A DNA stretch of 64,000 nucleotides from Abditibacteriaceae bacterium (GCA_965277285.1 OZ255721.1:1152001-1216000), one strand, 5' to 3'; positions 20,386 to 30,960 are shown, counted from the first letter of the stretch. The notes: generated from the sequence alone by a model not told the origin. Numbers and translations: made by a program.

Positions 20386-22146
20386 ATGACAAAATACGTT
20401 TTCGTGACGGGCGGCGTGGTTTCTTCGATCGGTAAAGGCATCGCCACGGCGTGTCTTGGCACTTTGCTCAAGGCGCGCGGCTACAACATCAGCTTGCAGA
20501 AAATTGATCCTTATCTCAACGTCGATGCCGGAACCATGAATCCGCATCAGCACGGCGAAGTTTTCGTCACCGAAGACGGATCGGAAACGGACCTCGATCT
20601 GGGACATTACGAGCGCTTCATCGACCAAAATCTCGGTCGTTTGAGCAACATGACGACCGGCGTGGTTTATCAAAGCGTCATCGAGCGCGAGCGGCGCGGC
20701 GATTATCTGGGTCACACGGTTCAAGTGATTCCGCACATTACCGACGAAATCAAAGACCGCATTCGCGCCAATGCGCACGACGCCGACGCCGACGTTGCCA
20801 TTATCGAGATCGGCGGCACCATTGGCGACATCGAATCTTTGCCGTTTACCGAAGCGATTCGCCAGATGAAGATGGACGAAGGCACCGAAAACGTGATGTA
20901 TATTCACGTCACTTTGGTGCCTTTTGTTGGGCCGCGCAACGAGATGAAAACCAAGCCGACGCAGCATTCTGTGCGCGATTTGCGCAACATAGGCATCACG
21001 CCGGACGTGTTGATTTGCCGCACCAAGCAACCAATGAGCGACGAGATGAAGCGAAAAATCGCGCTTTACTGCGACATCACGCCGGACGCTATTGTCGAAG
21101 GCTTGGACACCGACATCTTGTACAAACTGCCGATGATTTTCGAGGAACAGAACTTCGCGCGATTGGTGACGAAACGTTTGAATCTCAGCAAAAACGAGCC
21201 GGATTTGACGGAATGGCAGCGCATCGTGCACGCCGTCAAAAACCCGAAGCGCCGCGTTGTGGTTGGCATTTGCGGCAAATACATGGAGCACAACGAGCAG
21301 CCGGACACGTATATTTCGGTCGTCGAATCGCTCAAGCACGGCGGCATTGAAAACGAAGCCGAAGTCGAAATCAAGTGGATCGATGCCGAAGCTGCGGGCG
21401 ATAAAATCGGCGACGAATTGCAAAATGTCGATGCGGTTATTGTTCCCGGCGGTTTCGGAGTGCGTGGCATCGAAGGCAAAATTGCGGCGATTCGTTACGC
21501 GCGCGAAAATGGTCTGCCGTTTTTAGGCTTGTGTCTGGGTTTGCAAACCGCCGTTATCGAGTACTCGAGGCACGTCGCAGGTTTGTCGGAAGCCAATTCG
21601 CAAGAGTTCGATGAAGCGACGCCGCATCCAGTCGTAGCGATTCTAAAGGATCAGCGTTCAATTGAACGCAAAGGCGGCACGATGCGCGTCGGCGCCGAAC
21701 CGTGCATCATCGCGCCGAATACTTTGGCGCATCATCTTTACGGCGAAAACATGGTGCTCGAACGCCATCGCCATCGCTTTGAAGTGAATCCCAAATATCA
21801 TCGCACGTTGACTGATGCCGGTTTGACGCTTTCGGGAACAAGTCCCGATGGGCGTCTGGTCGAAATGATCGAGATTTCGGGTCATCCGTTTTTCATCGCC
21901 AGCCAATTTCACCCCGAATTCAAAAGCCGCCCGACGCGCGCGCATCCTTTGTTTCGCGGCCTGGTCGAAGCCGCCGTTCGTTACAGCGACGAACACGGGC
22001 ACGAATCGAGTACGCGATTGAACGGCAAGGCGCTGGAAAACGGCAACGCGCACCAGTTCAATTCGGGCGAAACCGATTACGACGATGACGATACGCTGAC
22101 GATTTCTTCGATGGACGACATTCGCCAAATCGCGCGTGGCAGTTAA
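20386..22146 (+). CDS. pyrG: CTP synthase
   Basis: MTKYVFVTGGVVSSIGKG, ETDLDLGHYERF, GLCLGLQ, QFHPEF. Confidence 0.98.
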   Translation: MTKYVFVTGGVVSSIGKGIATACLGTLLKARGYNISLQKIDPYLNVDAGTMNPHQHGEVFVTEDGSETDLDLGHYERFIDQNLGRLSNMTTGVVYQSVIERERRGDYLGHTVQVIPHITDEIKDRIRANAHDADADVAIIEIGGTIGDIESLPFTEAIRQMKMDEGTENVMYIHVTLVPFVGPRNEMKTKPTQHSVRDLRNIGITPDVLICRTKQPMSDEMKRKIALYCDITPDAIVEGLDTDILYKLPMIFEEQNFARLVTKRLNLSKNEPDLTEWQRIVHAVKNPKRRVVVGICGKYMEHNEQPDTYISVVESLKHGGIENEAEVEIKWIDAEAAGDKIGDELQNVDAVIVPGGFGVRGIEGKIAAIRYARENGLPFLGLCLGLQTAVIEYSRHVAGLSEANSQEFDEATPHPVVAILKDQRSIERKGGTMRVGAEPCIIAPNTLAHHLYGENMVLERHRHRFEVNPKYHRTLTDAGLTLSGTSPDGRLVEMIEISGHPFFIASQFHPEFKSRPTRAHPLFRGLVEAAVRYSDEHGHESSTRLNGKALENGNAHQFNSGETDYDDDDTLTISSMDDIRQIARGS

Positions 22147-22152
22147 GGTCTC

Positions 22153-22178
22153 GTAGGGGCGCACTGCAATGCGCCCCT
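22153..22178. repeat. GTAG-type REP-like hairpin after pyrG
   Basis: GTAGGGGCGCActgcaaTGCGCCCCT; related to 31379-31455. Confidence 0.65.
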
Positions 22179-22208
22179 CCATCGTATCAGGCAACATCGA
22201 GTACTCGA

Positions 22209-23432
22209 ATGGCGAACCACAGCAACAAAAAACCTTGGACGCGCGGCGAGAAAATGCTTCTCGTCGCGCCGTTGTTTGTGCTGCTGATTGCGTTCGGCGT
22301 GTTGCGGTTTCGTCAGCGCACAAATCCAATTGAACCATATTTGAGGATTGCGGCGCCGCCAAGAATCAGTTTTTCCCATGCTGTACTTTCGCCGAACGGG
22401 AAATATGTCGCTGCGATTGGCGGCGATCAAAGCAAAATCGTGCCGGGCAACGGCATGTTAAAAGTTTACGATGCGCGTTTCGGTATTTTGTTGTTCACAC
22501 GCGTTGTTGGCGACTACGCTGGCATAACCGCGTTGGCTATTTCGCCCGACAGTTCCAAAGTCGCGTGCGCCCAAGACACCACAAAAATCTGGAGTTTGCC
22601 GTCTGGTGCGTTGCTGCACGACCTGGGAAATTATCAAAGCAAGAAATATCCTTATGTCAGCAGCATTGCCGGTTCGTTAGCATTTTCTCCAGACAATCGA
22701 GTACTCGTTTCAGGTGATGGAGGCGGTGTCTCTGGCGGGATGGCAAAATTGTGGAACGTTCAAACTGGCGCGTTCCTGCACTTCATAGATCGCAGCAACG
22801 GTATCTTCAAGCCAAATCAAGAAAATTTTTCGCATTTTTCCCCGAGTTTTTCGCCTGATGGTAAATGGCTGGCGTGCATTGCTTCAGGCGGGATGTATTC
22901 GGCAACAGATAATGGGATTAACTCAAAGCCAACAAAAAACACAAATAACCGCGTGCAGCTTTGGGATGTCGCCACCGGAAAACTGACGCACGTTTTTCCA
23001 CAAAAAAACATCGTTACCTTCAGTTTTTCGCCAGATGGAAAAACTCTCGCCACCTCATCCTCATCGTTTCAAGCCAACCTAACGCAGGAAACGCCCGAAG
23101 TTCATCTTTACGATTTGCAAACCGGCGCCTTAATCTGGCTGGCGCAGAACGAAATTGATGGAAAAGGCAGTAGCCTTCGCATTCCCAATGACGGAATCGC
23201 GTTCGCGCCCGATGGCAAAACACTGGCTTGCCAAGATGAGTGGGGACGCATTCGTTTTTACAACACGCAGTCGGGGCGACAACTTCAAACTGTTCTCATT
23301 CCGCTTATAGATGGTCACTCCGCAGGCGGAGCGCCCACAATCGCTTTCTCGAAGGATGGCAAAACCCTTCTGTCAAGACACATCGACACGATTTACCTCT
23401 GGCACACCAACGATTGGCAGCCGAAACTATGA
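22209..23432 (+). CDS. Membrane-anchored WD40/beta-propeller repeat protein
   Basis: N-terminal TM; repeated FSPDG...LWDVATG units. Confidence 0.85.
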   Translation: MANHSNKKPWTRGEKMLLVAPLFVLLIAFGVLRFRQRTNPIEPYLRIAAPPRISFSHAVLSPNGKYVAAIGGDQSKIVPGNGMLKVYDARFGILLFTRVVGDYAGITALAISPDSSKVACAQDTTKIWSLPSGALLHDLGNYQSKKYPYVSSIAGSLAFSPDNRVLVSGDGGGVSGGMAKLWNVQTGAFLHFIDRSNGIFKPNQENFSHFSPSFSPDGKWLACIASGGMYSATDNGINSKPTKNTNNRVQLWDVATGKLTHVFPQKNIVTFSFSPDGKTLATSSSSFQANLTQETPEVHLYDLQTGALIWLAQNEIDGKGSSLRIPNDGIAFAPDGKTLACQDEWGRIRFYNTQSGRQLQTVLIPLIDGHSAGGAPTIAFSKDGKTLLSRHIDTIYLWHTNDWQPKL

Positions 23433-23503
23433 CAAATCACTTTCTCATTCGTTGTTGATTATGTATTCGCCACCAAAAGTCGCATTCTTAAGAGGAGAAA
23501 ATC

Positions 23504-23929
23504 ATGGCTGACGAACACACGGTTTCACTCAATGGCACCACGCTGCATGTCCTCGATGTCGAAAATTCGCTCGACTTTTACAAGCGCATTCCGGGCGCGG
23601 AACTTATCATTCATCGTCCGAACCAGTTCGCATTACTCAAGTTCGGTCAAGGTCGCTTGGGTTTGCTGAAATGGAAAACGCCGACATTTCACATCGAAAT
23701 GGATTCCAACGACATGGACGCGATGCACGCCCAACTCGTCGAAAACGGCATAACGCCGGAAGGCCCGCCGCAAGACCATCCGTGGGGACAACGCGATTTT
23801 CTCGTCCTCGACCCGGACGGCAACATGATCGAATTCGGGCAACAACACGAGGAGAATAAATTGCCCGCGAAACACGCGAAAAAGCGCGAAAAAGAAACGA
23901 ATATGTACAAATCGAGTACTCGAAAGTAA
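23504..23929 (+). CDS. VOC/glyoxalase family protein
   Basis: LHVLDVENSLDFY, PWGQRDFLVLDPDGNMIEF; RBS AGGAG upstream. Confidence 0.9.
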   Translation: MADEHTVSLNGTTLHVLDVENSLDFYKRIPGAELIIHRPNQFALLKFGQGRLGLLKWKTPTFHIEMDSNDMDAMHAQLVENGITPEGPPQDHPWGQRDFLVLDPDGNMIEFGQQHEENKLPAKHAKKREKETNMYKSSTRK

Positions 23930-24007
23930 CAGTGTGTCATTCTGAGCGCAGCGAAGAATCTAATTACAGTTAGATTCTTCGCTGCGCTCAGAATGACACA
24001 CTGTTAC
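23926..24007. repeat. REP-like inverted repeat, family B (TGTCATTCTGAGCGCAGCGAAGAATCT)
   Basis: 38-bp perfect arms at 23926-23963 and 23970-24007. Confidence 0.9.
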
Positions 24008-24078
24008 GACGATTCTATTCTCTTCTTTTTCTTCGCGCACTTCGCGTCCTTCGCGGTGAAAAAACTTCAAGGAAAATT

Positions 24079-24942
24079 ATGACAAATCAACCTCAACTGA
24101 TCGCTGATTACGCTTGCGTTTGCGGCGAAGGGCCGCTGTTTTTGCCCGAAGAAAACGCCGTCGTGTGGACGGACATCGAAACCGGACGCTTGTTTCGCTA
24201 CGACCTGGCGACCAAAACCCACAAGCAAATTTACAGCGGCCCAAAGGTCGGCGGCTTCACTTTGCAGGCCGATGGTTCGCTGCTACTCTTCCAGGAAAAA
24301 GGCATGGTTTCGATCTGGAAAGATGGCGAAAGCAAAACCGTCATTGCCTCGTTGCCAGACGAAGGTTCGCGCTGGAACGATGTTTACGCCGATCCCGAAG
24401 GTCGCGTTTATTGCGGCACGATGCCCAGCAACGGTCATCTGGGACGCTTTTATCGGCTTGACTGCGATGGCAGCATTCGCGTCATTCTGGAAAATATCGG
24501 CTGCTCGAACGGCATGGGGTTTTCGCCCGATTTGAAGACGATGTATTACACCGATTCCGCGACGCGCCACATTTATGCCTTCGATTATGAACGTTCAAAT
24601 GGCGAGCTGATGAATCAGCGCGTTCTGGTGGAAACGCCGGACGGCGAAGGCGTGCCGGACGGTTTGCGCATGGACGGCGAAGGTTTCATCTGGTCGGCGC
24701 GCTGGGGCGGCGGGGCGGTTTGTCGCTACGATCCGGCAAACGGCAACCTCGTCAAGCGCGTGGCGATTCCCGCTCCGAAAGTGACATGTCTGTGTTTCGG
24801 CGGCAAAGATTACAAAACCGCCTTCGTTTCGACAGCGGGCGGCGACGTAAAAAATCAAGATGGCGCAAGCGCGGGCGGACTTTTCCAGATCGATTTGGGC
24901 GTGCCTGGCGCCGCTGATTTTCGCTCGCGCATCTTGTTGTGA
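24079..24942 (+). CDS. SMP-30/gluconolactonase/LRE family protein
   Basis: GEGP, RWND..ADPEGR, SNGMGFSPD, PDGLRMDGEG. Confidence 0.92.
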   Translation: MTNQPQLIADYACVCGEGPLFLPEENAVVWTDIETGRLFRYDLATKTHKQIYSGPKVGGFTLQADGSLLLFQEKGMVSIWKDGESKTVIASLPDEGSRWNDVYADPEGRVYCGTMPSNGHLGRFYRLDCDGSIRVILENIGCSNGMGFSPDLKTMYYTDSATRHIYAFDYERSNGELMNQRVLVETPDGEGVPDGLRMDGEGFIWSARWGGGAVCRYDPANGNLVKRVAIPAPKVTCLCFGGKDYKTAFVSTAGGDVKNQDGASAGGLFQIDLGVPGAADFRSRILL

Positions 24943-25246
24943 TTTGATATGAAAAGTGCCACCTTCACGCGGTGGAAGTCCGAACGCGTTCGAGTACTCG
25001 ATTCAGTACTCGAACGCGTTTTGCTTTTAAGAGACTGAATGTGAAAGGCGCAATGGAACACGGCAGCTTTGCTGACACGGCTCGAACGGATAAACACGGA
25101 GTTGAGAGTGAAACTCTGGATTGATCCAGACCGAAATACAAAATTAGTTTGAACCGTGTTTACCTGTTCAAGCCGTGCCGACGAAGCTGCCGTGCTCCGC
25201 TTTATCTCCGGTGTACGTCCGGTGTGCGAAAGTAACGAACGCCGCA

Positions 25247-25987
25247 TCACGACATGGCGGATTGCACACCGAAGATGAAGGCAGCGCCCAAACAGGTCAG
25301 GAAAATCGTCAGGGCGGGTGATCGATGTCCGGCGTGCGCTTCGGGCAAAATATCGGAAATGCTGATGTGAATCAGGAAACCGGCGAAAAATCCCAGATAC
25401 AGCGCGAGCATCGTCGGCGGGAGATGGAAAAACGAGGTCGAAAGAATGCCCAGAACAGGCGCCAGAGCGTCCAGCGCCAGCATTGCAATCGAACGTTTGG
25501 ACGAGTTGTGATGCGCCATCATCAAGCTGACCGTATTGAAACCATCGGCGAAATCGTGCGCGATAACCGCTGTGGCGACTACCGCGCCGACAGCGGGCGA
25601 AACCTGAAACCCCAGCCCAATTCCGACGCCATCCATGAACGAATGCGCAATCAGCGCGACCGCCGACATGACGCCGACTTGCGGGTGATGATGCTTGGCA
25701 TACGAATCTTCATGCGCGTGATGAATCAGAAGCAACGCTTCGCCACTGTGAAAAATCAGAAATCCGACGACCAGAGCGACCATCGGCCAGCGCGCATCGA
25801 GATGGTTTTCATGCACCATCTCGAAGATTTCCGGCAGCAAATCAAAAGCGACGACGCCCAGCAACACGCCGGACGTGAAACCTAAAATCAGGTGCAAGCG
25901 GTCGCGCATTCGCACGGCGACCAAGCCGCCCGCAAACGTCGCCAGAAAGGTGAGAAAAGTGAGAAAAAGAGGAGTTGCAGAAGGCAT
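25247..25987 (-). CDS. ZIP-family metal transporter
   Basis: His-rich loop, HSFMDGVGIG, AHDFADG, DILPEAH. Confidence 0.9.
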   Translation of the reverse strand: MPSATPLFLTFLTFLATFAGGLVAVRMRDRLHLILGFTSGVLLGVVAFDLLPEIFEMVHENHLDARWPMVALVVGFLIFHSGEALLLIHHAHEDSYAKHHHPQVGVMSAVALIAHSFMDGVGIGLGFQVSPAVGAVVATAVIAHDFADGFNTVSLMMAHHNSSKRSIAMLALDALAPVLGILSTSFFHLPPTMLALYLGFFAGFLIHISISDILPEAHAGHRSPALTIFLTCLGAAFIFGVQSAMS

Positions 25988-26078
25988 CGAGTACTGGAAA
26001 GCGGCGTAAATATGTCAGGCGCGACTTCTCATTATGCCTAATTTAGGTTGTTGTATCAATGAATTAACGTGAAATTTT

Positions 26079-26333
26079 TCAACTTCGGCGCCACCATTTC
26101 ACGAACTGCCAGATCGACAAGCCTATGAAGTTGATTGTCAAAAGCGCGAAGAAAATGAAGAGTGCTGATACAACGGCGAGATTGAGAGAATCTGCGTAAC
26201 TCAAATCAGGCGATCCGCCCGATGCGAGTGTTCGGCGACAATCTGCAGCCAAAATGCAATAAATGAGAATAGGCGGCACAACAAGCAACAGTGCATTGAT
26301 GACAAACCAAGCTGTAAGCCATTTAAGTTTCAT
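26079..26333 (-). CDS. Small hypothetical membrane protein
   Basis: Two hydrophobic segments, 84 aa, AT-rich. Confidence 0.55.
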   Translation of the reverse strand: MKLKWLTAWFVINALLLVVPPILIYCILAADCRRTLASGGSPDLSYADSLNLAVVSALFIFFALLTINFIGLSIWQFVKWWRRS

Positions 26334-26382
26334 GCAAGAAGTTGCCGCTTTTTACTACGATTAAAGAACAACGTTACATCAA

Positions 26383-26775
26383 CTAATAATCAACAATTTG
26401 AATGGTGTCGGCAGCATTCCAGCGCGGCTTTCTCGTCTTTGGATCGATGTTTGGCCCTGAAAAATTAACCGAGACTTTCTCCCGCGGAACCGAGTTTTTG
26501 TAGTGCGGCAACTCGATGATAACCAAAAAAGAACCATCCAGAATACCGGCGAAATTCATATTAATCCAACCGTAACCATCGTTCAAAAGTTCATCGAAAC
26601 GTGCTTCATAATCGTTGCGTGTCCACAACGACGACCGCGCAATGGAACAATGCACACCTTCCCTTTTTATGTCCTTATCTTCAACGAAAAGCACACGCGA
26701 CCAAGAAGGCGTTTGTTCCGCCCATTGCCGAGAAAAAGTCATCAATCTGACCAAATGTAATTCAAGATCGTTCAT
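26383..26775 (-). CDS. Hypothetical protein
   Basis: 130-aa ORF overlapping the rnhB stop; no family recognised. Confidence 0.55.
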   Translation of the reverse strand: MNDLELHLVRLMTFSRQWAEQTPSWSRVLFVEDKDIKREGVHCSIARSSLWTRNDYEARFDELLNDGYGWINMNFAGILDGSFLVIIELPHYKNSVPREKVSVNFSGPNIDPKTRKPRWNAADTIQIVDY

Positions 26776-27442
26776 TTTTCAAAACCGCGCGCACCGGCTT
26801 GAAGGTGCGGCGGTGAATCGCGCAGGCGCCGTGTTCTTGCAAAGCGCGCAAATGTTGCGGCGAACCGTAACCTTTATGTTGCGCAAAGCCGTACTGGGGA
26901 AATTGCGCGTCGAAGTCAATCATCAAGCGGTCGCGCCACACTTTGGCGACAACTGACGCCGCGGCGATTGACAACGATTTCGTGTCGCCTTTGACAATCG
27001 CTTCGTAAGGCCAGACGGCTTCGTCATACGGCAAACCGTCGATCAGAACGTGATCGACGGCGAAACGAGTACTCGATTGAGTGGAAGTTCGTTCACACAA
27101 ATCGTCAACCGCGTTTTGCATCGCTTTCCACGAGGCTTGGCGAATGTTGATTTGATCAATGGTTAGTGCATCGACAACGCCAATTCCCCAGCGCGCCTTT
27201 TGCGTAATTTCGTCGAAAAGTAGTTCGCGCAAAGCAGGCTTCAATTGCTTGGAATCGTTGAGAAGTAAAAAATGTGGCGAGGAAAAGTTTGGGGGAAGAA
27301 CGACGGCGGCGGCGGCGACCGGCCCAGCCAAAGGCCCGCGACCCGCTTCATCCACGCCTGCAATGAACTGTAAACCTTGCGTCCACAGTTTACGTTCACG
27401 GGAGAAATCAGGACGCGGCTTCACGGTTCGATGCGCCACCAT
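26762..27442 (-). CDS. rnhB: Ribonuclease HII
   Basis: GVDEAGRGPLAGPV, NDSKQL, SIAAASVVAKV, HKGYG. Confidence 0.97.
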   Translation of the reverse strand: MVAHRTVKPRPDFSRERKLWTQGLQFIAGVDEAGRGPLAGPVAAAAVVLPPNFSSPHFLLLNDSKQLKPALRELLFDEITQKARWGIGVVDALTIDQINIRQASWKAMQNAVDDLCERTSTQSSTRFAVDHVLIDGLPYDEAVWPYEAIVKGDTKSLSIAAASVVAKVWRDRLMIDFDAQFPQYGFAQHKGYGSPQHLRALQEHGACAIHRRTFKPVRAVLKNERS

Positions 27443-27443
27443 T

Positions 27444-28418
27444 TTACGGATTAGTTGGAATTGAGGCGCCCTGTTTTTTTGTGCTGACAGGAACGACGCC
27501 AGAAGATGAAGGCGCCGGATTAGCGCCCAAACTCATTCTGTCCAAAGTTCCGATGCGACTGGGCGGCCAGAAAACGCACATCGCTTTACCGACCAGGTTG
27601 GCGCGCGGCACAAAACCCCAAACGTGACCATCGGATGAATTGTTGCGGTGATCGCCCAGCATCAAAAACATCCCAAGCGGCACTGCTTCGGGCTTGGCGT
27701 TGGTGATTTCGTCTTGCTGTTCTGGCGGCACAACAACGAGCGGTGGAACTTCGGAACCGCTGGATGTCGGCTGATAATGCCATTGTCCATTGGGGCCATA
27801 AGCCGGAACGTCAGGCGCCGAATACTCGCGCGAATACATTTTGCCGTCCACAATCTTCATGTCGTAAGAATACGAAAGACCGGTTGAATCGCTCGGACTC
27901 CACTTCACATAAGGCTCTTTCAGCACCACGCCATTGCGATAATAGGTGCGCGTCGCCGTCGCGTAAACCACATCGCCGGGCAAACCGATGCAGCGCTTGA
28001 TGTAATCGTCATCCGAGGATTCGCCAGGTTGCAGCGCTTGCGGTGGCGGCTGAAACACGACGACATCACCGCGCTGCGGATCGCGCAAGCGATAAATCCA
28101 GCGCGCCGCCAGCAAGCGATCTTGAACCGGCGTCCATTGCAGAGTATTTTCCATCGAGCCGCTGGGAATATAAAACGGCTGCAAAATAAAAGGCTGCACA
28201 ACAAAAAACACCAAGCCAATCGTAATTAGCAGCGAATCGAGCGTTTCGGCCCAGCCAGAACCTGATTCATTGCTTTGAGTACTCGATGTCGCACGAGAAC
28301 GCGAACGAGGCGCGCATTGCGGCGCTTCCACAAAATACAGCACCACGCGAATGGTCAGCAAAACAGCGAAAATTCCGATTTTCCAAGGCCACGAAGAAAG
28401 AAGCGCCATGTAGTTCAT
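27444..28418 (-). CDS. lepB: Signal peptidase I (paralog 2)
   Basis: IPSGSMENTL, YIKRCIGLPGD, LGDHRNNSSDGH.WG. Confidence 0.92.
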   Translation of the reverse strand: MNYMALLSSWPWKIGIFAVLLTIRVVLYFVEAPQCAPRSRSRATSSTQSNESGSGWAETLDSLLITIGLVFFVVQPFILQPFYIPSGSMENTLQWTPVQDRLLAARWIYRLRDPQRGDVVVFQPPPQALQPGESSDDDYIKRCIGLPGDVVYATATRTYYRNGVVLKEPYVKWSPSDSTGLSYSYDMKIVDGKMYSREYSAPDVPAYGPNGQWHYQPTSSGSEVPPLVVVPPEQQDEITNAKPEAVPLGMFLMLGDHRNNSSDGHVWGFVPRANLVGKAMCVFWPPSRIGTLDRMSLGANPAPSSSGVVPVSTKKQGASIPTNP

Positions 28419-28425
28419 AAATGGT

Positions 28426-29319
28426 TTATTGCGTCATCGAAAGTGCTGAGCCAGAATTGTTTGTGGGTGTGACGCGCGGATGTTCGCTCATATTGTCCAG
28501 CGTTCCCACGCGATTGGGCGGCCAGAACACGCACATCGCCTTGCCGACGAACGCTTCGCGCGGCACCAAACCCCAAGCGTGACTGTCATTGGAATCGTTG
28601 CGATGATCGCCTAAAACCAAATACTTGCCTTCAGGAATTGGTTCAGAATTGGCCGCTTCAATCGCACCCTGATTCTCATACGGTGGAAACTCGGCACCGA
28701 AATTGTCGCGCCCAACCGCGCCTTCTTCTTGCCAGAAACCCGGCGCATTCGCACTCGCGTACTCGCGCGAGTAAACCTTGCCGCCGACAATTTTCATGTC
28801 GTAACCATAGAGCGGTAAACCGGTGCTCCATTTCGCATATGGTTCTTGCAACGGCACAAACGTATTTGTGCCGCGCGCCTTGCGAAAATAGCGCCGGTTC
28901 TGCACCACAATCACATCGCCCGGCGCGCCGATGCAGCGCTTGATATATTCATCGCCTTGTTTCGCATGCGCTTTTTCCGGAGGCGTAAACACCACGACAT
29001 CGCCGAAACGCGGCCCACGCACACGATAAATCCATTTGGCGACGAGCAATCGGTCGCCCGTCGGCTGCCATTGCAGCGTGTTCTCCATCGAGCCACTGGG
29101 AATGTAAAACGCTTGTAGCAAAAACGGCTGAATGATAAAAAAGACCAGGCCGAACGCAATCGCTGTCGCATCTAAAACTTCCAGCAAGCCGCGCACATGA
29201 TCGTCATTCTGCGTCGTGCTTTCCGCTGTCGGCGCCGTCAAATGCCGCACAAATTCGCGCGTCAGAACAATCGCGCCAATGACAGCGATTTTCCACAACC
29301 ACGAATCCATGCTGAACAT
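28426..29319 (-). CDS. lepB: Signal peptidase I (paralog 1)
   Basis: IPSGSMENTL, YIKRCIGAPGD, LGDHRNDSNDSHAWG. Confidence 0.93.
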   Translation of the reverse strand: MFSMDSWLWKIAVIGAIVLTREFVRHLTAPTAESTTQNDDHVRGLLEVLDATAIAFGLVFFIIQPFLLQAFYIPSGSMENTLQWQPTGDRLLVAKWIYRVRGPRFGDVVVFTPPEKAHAKQGDEYIKRCIGAPGDVIVVQNRRYFRKARGTNTFVPLQEPYAKWSTGLPLYGYDMKIVGGKVYSREYASANAPGFWQEEGAVGRDNFGAEFPPYENQGAIEAANSEPIPEGKYLVLGDHRNDSNDSHAWGLVPREAFVGKAMCVFWPPNRVGTLDNMSEHPRVTPTNNSGSALSMTQ

Positions 29320-29405
29320 AGAAAAAGGTCAGAGGTTCGGGTCAAAGGCCAAAGGAAATTGCGCAATCTCGTTTGACCTCTGAACCCAAACCTCTGACCT
29401 GCTGT

Positions 29406-29756
29406 TTACGCCTTTTCTTTGATGCGCAATGCTTTGCTGCCGATGCGACCGCGCAGGTAATACAACTTGGCGCGACGGACTTTGCCCTTGCGACGCACTT
29501 CGATTTTCTCCAATCGCGGCGAATGCAGCAAAAACGTCCTTTCGATGCCGATGCCTTGCGTGACGCGGCGCACGGTAAAGGTTTCGCCGACGCCGCCTCC
29601 CGCACGCGCCGTGCAAGTGCCTTCAAAAGCCTGAACGCGCTCGCGCGTGCCTTCGACAACTTTCACGTTGACGCGCAACGTATCGCCCGGGCCAAATTGC
29701 GGCAAGGCGGTCTGCAAATGTCTGGCTTCCACAGCTTCAATCAAATTCTGGTTCAT
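29406..29756 (-). CDS. rplS: 50S ribosomal protein L19
   Basis: [30 protein letters not shown]. Confidence 0.97.
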   Translation of the reverse strand: MNQNLIEAVEARHLQTALPQFGPGDTLRVNVKVVEGTRERVQAFEGTCTARAGGGVGETFTVRRVTQGIGIERTFLLHSPRLEKIEVRRKGKVRRAKLYYLRGRIGSKALRIKEKA

Positions 29757-30546
29757 CGTTTTCTCCCGCGCCATCGCGCTTTTTTTCAATGTTTTCGCGC
29801 TCCAACTGCGCGAGAGTTTCCAAATCGGCTTTCGACCAATTCGAGTACTCGATTCCGTCCACTAAATCGCGGCGCCGCAAATACGTTCGTCGCAAACCTT
29901 CGCGCCGCCGCCACTTTGCAATTTCGCCGTGATGCCCGCTCAGCAAAACATCCGGCACTTTTTGTCCGCGCCATTCCTGCGGTCGCGTGTAATGCGGCGC
30001 TTCCAGCAAGCCGTCTTCAAACGAATCGCTTTGCGCCGATTGCTCGTTTCCCAACACGCCAGGAATCAATCGAGCAATCGCGTCCATGATTACCAACGCC
30101 GCCCCTTCTCCGCCGGTCAAGACGTAATCGCCAATCGAAATTTCATCGGTGACCAGCGTTTCGACCGCGCGTTCGTCAATTCCTTCGTAATGCCCGCACA
30201 AAAAAGCCACGCGAGAATGCTGGCTCAATTCGCGCGCGACCTGTTGAGAAAATGGGCGACCTTGCGGCGACATCAACACAACCGGACACGGCGGACTTGC
30301 GCCCGACACAGCGTCCCATTTTAACACATCTTCCATCGCGCGCGCTATAGGTTCGGCTTTCATCACCATGCCCGCGCCGCCGCCATACGGAACATCATCG
30401 CAAACGTGATGTTTGTCCGTCGTCCAGGCGCGAATATCATGCACGCCGATTTCGAGTACTCGATTCGTCTGTGCGCGCCCCAAAATGCTGCTTTCCAACG
30501 GGCTTGTGAAAAAATTGGGAAACAGCGTAAAAATATCAAAGCGCAT
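29737..30546 (-). CDS. trmD: tRNA (guanine-N1)-methyltransferase
   Basis: [41 protein letters not shown]. Confidence 0.97.
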   Translation of the reverse strand: MRFDIFTLFPNFFTSPLESSILGRAQTNRVLEIGVHDIRAWTTDKHHVCDDVPYGGGAGMVMKAEPIARAMEDVLKWDAVSGASPPCPVVLMSPQGRPFSQQVARELSQHSRVAFLCGHYEGIDERAVETLVTDEISIGDYVLTGGEGAALVIMDAIARLIPGVLGNEQSAQSDSFEDGLLEAPHYTRPQEWRGQKVPDVLLSGHHGEIAKWRRREGLRRTYLRRRDLVDGIEYSNWSKADLETLAQLERENIEKKRDGAGENDEPEFD

Positions 30547-30562
30547 AATGGAAAGAAGCCCC

Positions 30563-30934
30563 TTACCAATCGCGCCATTCACTGGCCAGACCTTCGCCGT
30601 CACCATACTTGTTCGGATCCATTCCTACTTTTCTGGCTATCAAGTCAATCAATGGACATAGTTCTTCGCGTTCGCCCGTTTCGATTAAGGCACCGTCGGT
30701 TTCGTCGTTCAATTCATTAAGCGATTCGACGGCGATTTTGAACTTCCCGATTTTATCTTCTTCGCGCGCCTCTTCGCCCAACTTGATAAGTTCTGCAATT
30801 AAGTCGTCGAAAATCCCTCTGGCTGCGTTGCAATTTTCTTCTGTATATTGTTCCAATCCGTGCGCTTCGCCTTCGCGCCAACGAGCAAAAGGATAATTCG
30901 TTTTCGTCTCCAGCAAATTCGATTCGTAACTCAT
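30563..30934 (-). CDS. Acidic hypothetical protein
   Basis: ATG 30934 with upstream AGGAG; ends IETGEREELC...EWRDW. The upstream part of the 292-aa track ORF is an alternate frame over the TSUP gene. Confidence 0.7.
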   Translation of the reverse strand: MSYESNLLETKTNYPFARWREGEAHGLEQYTEENCNAARGIFDDLIAELIKLGEEAREEDKIGKFKIAVESLNELNDETDGALIETGEREELCPLIDLIARKVGMDPNKYGDGEGLASEWRDW

Positions 30935-30960
30935 CGTTTCTCCTTTTGCCGCCGCGAAGT

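Noticed and set aside
24855..25250. 131-aa minus-strand ORF, or a degraded plus-strand gene at about 25050-25250
   Set aside because: The ORF overlaps the gluconolactonase gene and runs through the doubled palindrome; plus-strand frames have several stops and no recognisable family.
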